64,000 nucleotides of DNA, from contig CAWDML010000005.1 in NCBI GenBank assembly GCA_963803435.1, positions 160,001-224,000 of the forward strand. Reading direction: 5' to 3'. The position numbers were made by a program, and so were the translations under genes. Position 1 is the stretch's first letter, and each line of letters opens with the position of its first letter. The notes beneath the pieces were generated by a model. That model ran no database searches. It was not told the DNA's origin and was given only the letters and a program-made list of their open reading frames with translations. The stretch is from an uncultured delta proteobacterium. GTDB taxonomy: Bacteria > Myxococcota > Kuafuiibacteriia > Kuafuiibacteriales > Kuafuiibacteriaceae. This document shows, in pieces, positions 59,048 through 64,000 of the stretch.

Positions 59048-60821
59048 TCAGGCACGCCGCTGGGTGCCGAAGCGACCGCTCCGGTGGGCCTTCTCTTCGG
59101 TGCGCGACTTCCGGACCGGCTTGGGGGCACCCTTTCGCGCCGCCGGCCGGGCGGGGCCCGCGTCGACGGGCTCGATGCGGACGGTCGGGTTCCGCGGATC
59201 CGGCCGCTCGATCCGGCGCATGAACCTGTCGGCGGCATGCTTCGCGATCTCGAAGATCGTCGCCTCGGTCCCGATGCGGATCACGCCCACCTGGTCGGCC
59301 TTCACGCCGCCGCGGCGACAGACGGTGGAGAGGATGCGCCCCTTGTCGGCGCCTTCGAGGTGGCCGCGGTTGATTCGGAAGCACACGAAGTCGTCCGAGT
59401 CCTGCCGTAGCCGCGGCTTTTGCCCGTGGCGCTCGGGGGGAGCCTCGCGCCGCGGAGATGGCGGCGCGATCTGCGTGACCTCCCGCGGCTCGCAGGGCCC
59501 GCCGTGCTGGGCGCGAGCGAGGAGGAGCCGGACCAGCGTCTTCGGATTCGAGCTCGTCGAGCAGGCGCTCGGCGAGGGCGTCGAGGCGCCGGTCCTCGTG
59601 GGTGTCCGCGACGGCGGCCAGCTCGGTGGAGAGGCGATTGTCGATGGCCGCCCGGACCTCGCGCGGCGAGGGCACCGGCAGCCAGGTCGCCTTCACGCGG
59701 GCGCGCCGCATGATGCTCTCGACGCGGACGCGCCCCGACGGCGGGACCAGGATGACGCTGGTGCCCTTTCGCCCGGCGCGCCCGGTCCGCCCGCTGCGGT
59801 GCGTGAGGCCATCGCTGTCGGTGGGGGGATCGCAGTGGATGACGCGCCCGACGTCGGGGATGTCGAGACCGCGGGCGGCGACGTCGGTGGCCACCAGCGT
59901 CGAGACCACTCCCAGGCGGAACGCCTCCAGTGTCTTGTTGCGGTCGCGCTGCTCGAGCTCGCCGCTGAGGGGCAGCGAGTGGAAGCCGGCGCGGGTGAGG
60001 CGATCCGCAAGCTCGCTTGCATCCGCGCGCGTGCGCACGAAGAGCAGCGTACGCTCGCCCGGTGCCATCATCAGCAGGTTCACCAGCGCCGACTCGCGCT
60101 CGTTCTGGTGGACGAGGTGCGCGACGTACGTGATGTCGGAGTTGGCGGCGCCGAGGTCGGTGCCCTCCACCACGATCGCGTCGCGCTGATAGCGGTTCGC
60201 GAGCGCGAGCACCTCGCGCGGGAAGGTCGCGGACATCAGGTGCGTGCGGCGCTCGGGCGGCAAGAGCCCGAGGATGGCCTCGAGCTCCTCGCGGAAGCCG
60301 AGGTCGAGCATGCGATCGGCCTCGTCGAGCACCACGGTCGCGACGCCGCTGGTGTCGATCGAGCGGCGCTCCAGGTGATCCTTGAGGCGGCCCGGCGTGC
60401 CCACCACCACCAGCGGTCGCTGGCTGAGGGCGCGCTTCTCGTCCCGGTAGCTGGCGCCGCCGGCGACGACGGCGACACCGACGCGGAGCTTGGCGTAGAG
60501 CCAGGAGAGCTCGCGGGCGAGCTGGGCGGCGAGCTCGCGGGTGGGCGCGATCAGGACGGCGTGCGGTCGGGCGCCGCGGGTGGCCGGCGGAGGCGCGGCG
60601 GCGAGCTCGATCAGCGCCGGCGCGAGGACCAGGCCGATGGCGACCGTCTTGCCCGAGCCGGTCTGGGAGGAGACGCGGAGGTCGACGCCGTCGAACGCGG
60701 GGTCGAGGACGCGGGCCTGGACCGGGGTCAGCTCGGTGAAGCCGCGGTCGAGGAGGGCTTCGGCGAGGGGTGGAGGGAGTCGATCGAACAGGGGAGGCGT
60801 GGGCATTGGGGGTCGGTTCAC
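59048..60821 (-). CDS. DEAD-box RNA helicase with DbpA-type RNA-binding C-terminus (frameshifted)
   Basis: TPVQ, QTGSGKT, PTRELA, DEADRML, SAT, ARGLD, HRSGRTGRAG; C-terminal FRINRG..G...ICRRGG-like segment in another frame. Confidence 0.93.
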
Positions 60822-60866
60822 GTAGCAGATGAACCTGGACTTGCCTACATAATGATTGGGCCGGGC

Positions 60867-61658
60867 TCAGTAGAGGAACGCGTCCTCGCCGTCGCTGCGG
60901 GTGATCACGAGGATCGTATCGCTCCGGGTGGTGGCGTCGATCTGGTCGTAGGCGGCCTGTACGGCCTCTGCGTGGGCCTCTCCGTAGGCGAGGACGTGCA
61001 GGATCTGCTTGTCCCAGCGATCGGCGGCCGCGACGTTCGCTGAGCTCACCAGGATGTCCCCGAGCTTGCGGCGGATGAGGGGCTCGGCGTCGGCCTCGGT
61101 GTACGGCGCGTCCCGGGGGAACGCGACGGCGCGGGTGACGCTGACGCCGATCTTGTGGCCGTCGATCGCGACCAGGAGATCGGTGATCTTGCCGTTCGGG
61201 TCCGTGTACTCGATCTCGGTCTCCGTCTTGAGGAGCACCGCGCCGTCGCAGCGCTCGAGCACCTCGTACGCGAAGACCTCCGACAAGAGCGAGCTCCCGC
61301 CGGCGTTGCCGTCGTGGATGATCTCCTGTCCGCCAGGCGTGAGGCGGTCGAGGTCGGCGTCGTCGTAGGGATCGTCGGCAAAGTCGATGCTGTTCGAGAA
61401 CACCGACGGCGAGGTGGAGGTGAGCACCGCGTCGAGCACGCCGCAGGCGCCGGAGATGACGCCGAAGCCGCTCTCACCGGCGTCGGGTGCCTCGGCGTCA
61501 GGGAGCTCGGCGTCGGAGCGCCCCGCGTCGTGCGCGCCCGCGCCGGTGTCGGGGATCAGGGCCGCGTCCTCCTCGGAGGTGCCGGCGTCGTCCGGGGAGC
61601 GTGGATCCGACGTGCACGCCAGGAGGAGCACGACCGGAGCCATCGGGAGTCGGCGCAC
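60867..61658 (-). CDS. Lipoprotein with AAC4-like putative PD-(D/E)xK-fold domain
   Basis: LLLAC lipobox; DAG-rich linker; NAGGSS..SE...EVL.RC..A.LLKTE.EI.Y.....ITD.......IGVSVTRA...KQILHV. Confidence 0.7.
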   Translation of the reverse strand: MRRLPMAPVVLLLACTSDPRSPDDAGTSEEDAALIPDTGAGAHDAGRSDAELPDAEAPDAGESGFGVISGACGVLDAVLTSTSPSVFSNSIDFADDPYDDADLDRLTPGGQEIIHDGNAGGSSLLSEVFAYEVLERCDGAVLLKTETEIEYTDPNGKITDLLVAIDGHKIGVSVTRAVAFPRDAPYTEADAEPLIRRKLGDILVSSANVAAADRWDKQILHVLAYGEAHAEAVQAAYDQIDATTRSDTILVITRSDGEDAFLY

Positions 61659-61710
61659 GCCTCATCATGCGCGGGCTGGACGTCTTCGTCGAGGGCTGGT
61701 GAGCGAAGCG

Positions 61711-62940
61711 TCAGTCGACCTTGACCAGCGTGAGCCGGCCGTTGACGCCATCGTCCAGGCCGTCGTGCGCGCTCCGGGTGCACACGTCGACGCGGGAGAA
61801 GCCGCGCCCGGTGAACGCGCCGCCGGTGTCGACGGCCCGGAACTCGATCGGTCGGCCGTAGCGCCGCTCCAGCTCCGGGATCCGGAATCGATCCCCGTAA
61901 CGGACGGCGCCCCGCTCGTAGAGGCGACGGTCCAGCGCGATCGAAACGTAGTCGGCCCGACCGTCGAGATAGTCCTGCAGCGTCCCCAGCGGTCGCCCCT
62001 GCGCGTCGACGTACCCGCCCTCCATGCGAGTGTTCGCCGGGTGGTAGCCGGTGCCCTGGGCGATGCCGGCCACGCGACCGTCGGCGGGGGCGCTCGTCCG
62101 CGCGTCCCAGCCCGGGACCCTCAGGTACATGGCCTCTGTCATCGTGTATTTGCCGCTGTGCAATCGGCCGTCGGCGCCGGCGCGCAGCGTGATCTCGCGG
62201 CCCGACGCCGGATCGATCGCCGTGTAGCTCCCCGGCCCCGACTTTCCGGTGAGGGTGATGAAGTGATCGGCGTCCGAGTAGGCGCTGCTGTGGCCGTCCT
62301 TGTAGTCGACGCCGGCGACGACGGGACCGTCCTCTTCGAGGTGCTGATCGAGCGAAGAGAGCCGATAGCTCGAGGTCCGTCCCAGCTTCTCCATCCCGAG
62401 TGCGCGGGCGGCCTCGTCGTCCTGGATGGCGCCGCCCGAGAAGCCGCCGCCGGCGCGGACCCGCGCGTTCGCCTGCGACGGGTTCATGGACGGATCGCGC
62501 ACACTGGCTGCCATCGCCAGCGAGGTGAGGAAGCAGCCGTGCGAGGCGATCGAGTTGCCGCCCTCGCCGAGGCGCTCGCGATAATCGCCCTGCCGCATCG
62601 GCACCACCTGCCCGCCCTGGATCGACGAAGCGCCGCCGGGCTGCTGGAGCTCGCGCGCCAGGAAGGTGCCCCCCGGCGCGGGCTCGCCGTAGCGTGGCGC
62701 GCGCAGACCCTGACCGCCCCAGCGCTGGAAGGAGTCGCCCATCGGCGTCGCTTGGCGGGTCCCGCCCAGCATCCGGAGCAGCGCGGTCAGGCCCTGATAG
62801 GCGTTCATCTCCAACGCGAAGCGGAGGAGCTCCCCGACGAACATCGCCGCGACCATCGACGACATCCCGTCGCCGGCGTCCGGTGCACCCGCACCGTCGC
62901 TGAAGTTCCGCCACCCGTATCCGGAAGTGCCGACCCGCAT
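61711..62940 (-). CDS. C39-like cysteine peptidase + 3D (lytic transglycosylase-like) domain protein (start uncertain)
   Basis: GCFLTSLAM, DHFI, AIDPASG triad motifs; GTGYHP..MEGG...VSIALD...DTGGAF.G...RVDVC. Confidence 0.75.
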   Translation of the reverse strand: MRVGTSGYGWRNFSDGAGAPDAGDGMSSMVAAMFVGELLRFALEMNAYQGLTALLRMLGGTRQATPMGDSFQRWGGQGLRAPRYGEPAPGGTFLARELQQPGGASSIQGGQVVPMRQGDYRERLGEGGNSIASHGCFLTSLAMAASVRDPSMNPSQANARVRAGGGFSGGAIQDDEAARALGMEKLGRTSSYRLSSLDQHLEEDGPVVAGVDYKDGHSSAYSDADHFITLTGKSGPGSYTAIDPASGREITLRAGADGRLHSGKYTMTEAMYLRVPGWDARTSAPADGRVAGIAQGTGYHPANTRMEGGYVDAQGRPLGTLQDYLDGRADYVSIALDRRLYERGAVRYGDRFRIPELERRYGRPIEFRAVDTGGAFTGRGFSRVDVCTRSAHDGLDDGVNGRLTLVKVD

Positions 62941-63071
62941 CTCGACCAACCCGGGTGCATCGAGGAGGCCAAGCGGCGACGCGGTGCTCGGCCGGCGACG
63001 ATGCGGGGTGGAGCCCGCAGACGTGCGGGATCGAGCCCGCAAGCGATCGCTGCCATGGGGTCAGGTGGCGC

Positions 63072-63138
63072 AGCGCCTCGGCGACGGCCCGCACACCATC
63101 GGCGACGCCGGCTGCTTCCTCACCTCCCTCACGATGGC
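63072..63138 (+). pseudogene. Inverted fragment of a paralogous C39-like peptidase gene
   Basis: Encodes RLGDGPHTIGDAGCFLTSLTMA; 51/67 nt identical (hand count, ungapped) to the reverse complement of 62510-62576. Confidence 0.7.
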
Positions 63139-63404
63139 GTCGTGCATCCTCCACTGCAGCAAGGGTTCGATCCTCCTCCAAAGCGCATCCGGTCGGTTCG
63201 CGAACTTCGCTTCCACCTCTCCATCGACCACCGCTTCGATCGCGCCGTCCGTCCGTAGTGGGACTCTCCGAGCGTCCCGGGAGTGCGCCTCGACACCTGG
63301 GCGGTGAGACTCCGCGCACACGAAACGCGCCGAATTCGGCGTAAGTCGAGCGTAATTGGAGAGCTGCGTCTCGGCGGCCACACTGCCGACCAGCGAGGTA
63401 CTCG

Positions 63405-64000
63405 ATGACGGACATCCGCGATCCCAACTTCTTCAACGCCATGCGCCAGATGCAGCAGCTCCAGTTCCTGCTGTCGCAGTCCGACGCGGCCTGCATGGAG
63501 CCGGGCGCGGATCCCATGGCGGATCCGTACTTCCAGATCGATCCGGGCCTCGAAGCTCTGACCGGACCCGGAGCCCAGCAGCTTCCGACCTCCGAGAGCG
63601 CGTTCGCCGCCTATATGTCTCAGCTGAGCGACCCTCAAGCGCAGCAGTGGGCGGATCGGATGAACCGCAGCGTGGTCCAACAGGACGCGCCGCAGGAGGA
63701 CACCGGCGATCCGAAGGACCACACCGACGGCACGCAGAGCTACGGTGGAATCGACTCGGACGTCTACGCGGGCGCGTGGGATGGCGTCACGATCCGCGGC
63801 CCGAACGGGAACCCGCTCCTGACCGACGCGCACGCCGCCGGGTTGGGCTTCGACACCGAGGCGGAGCTCGGCGCCCATGCGGATGCCGACTGGGCGGGGT
63901 TCGAAGCGGGCGTCGGCGGCGAGCTGAAGGCCGAGGCGAAGGCAGGCGGTTGGGCGGCCGGCACCGCCGATCTCAGCCAGGGTGATCTCGCCGGTGCGCT
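63405..64000 (+). CDS. Hypothetical protein, partial (runs off right edge)
   Basis: GAGGT RBS; open frame MTDIRDPNFFNAMRQMQQLQFLL...EAELGAHADA...GELKAEAKAGGWAAG; absent from the ORF track because it has no stop in the window. Confidence 0.7.
   Translation, partial: MTDIRDPNFFNAMRQMQQLQFLLSQSDAACMEPGADPMADPYFQIDPGLEALTGPGAQQLPTSESAFAAYMSQLSDPQAQQWADRMNRSVVQQDAPQEDTGDPKDHTDGTQSYGGIDSDVYAGAWDGVTIRGPNGNPLLTDAHAAGLGFDTEAELGAHADADWAGFEAGVGGELKAEAKAGGWAAGTADLSQGDLAGA

Noticed and set aside
62510-63138. DGR template/variable repeat pair
   Set aside because: Mismatches are not confined to adenines, the copies are inverted, and no reverse transcriptase is in the window
63361-63404. GCCGACCA upstream of ORF 63405 as another sigma28 site
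   Set aside because: No CGCAAC element at the right spacing, and the implied start site would cut into the RBS

Overview
High-GC window that looks like a Myxococcota/deltaproteobacterial chromosome (many Hanks kinases, an FHA-type sigma54 activator, PEGA proteins, box genes). Isolated single-base frameshifts in at least eight unrelated conserved genes suggest an error-prone long-read assembly rather than real pseudogenes. From left to right: benzoyl-CoA boxB/boxC with divergent boxR; a harpin-like Gly/Gln-rich orphan; psuG; a deleted IS1182-like element with ~70-bp inverted repeats carrying a four-helix-bundle gene; a minus-strand cluster of two exported proteins, a pseudokinase-kinase, an ECF sigma and a Lon-protease-TPR protein; lexA; a strikingly eukaryote-like PRMT1-type arginine methyltransferase; housekeeping genes; two tRNA-Ser; a partial type III secretion cluster (needle/filament-like, TPR chaperone, FliA/WhiG sigma, inner-rod-like) with no basal-body genes; serC; a giant-protein / thioester-less alpha-2-macroglobulin / pbpC locus; a stand-alone ZZ-histone-type zinc finger; a DEAD helicase; an AAC4-like nuclease-fold lipoprotein; and a signal-less C39-peptidase/3D-domain protein with an inverted paralog fragment next to it. 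The best new observation is a shared sigma28-type promoter motif (CGCAAC-N14/15-GCCGAWAA) in front of the needle-like gene, the inner-rod-like gene and the harpin-like orphan ~34 kb away. This points to a dispersed, sigma28-controlled non-flagellar T3SS substrate regulon. All family calls come from motif recognition by eye; no searches were run.
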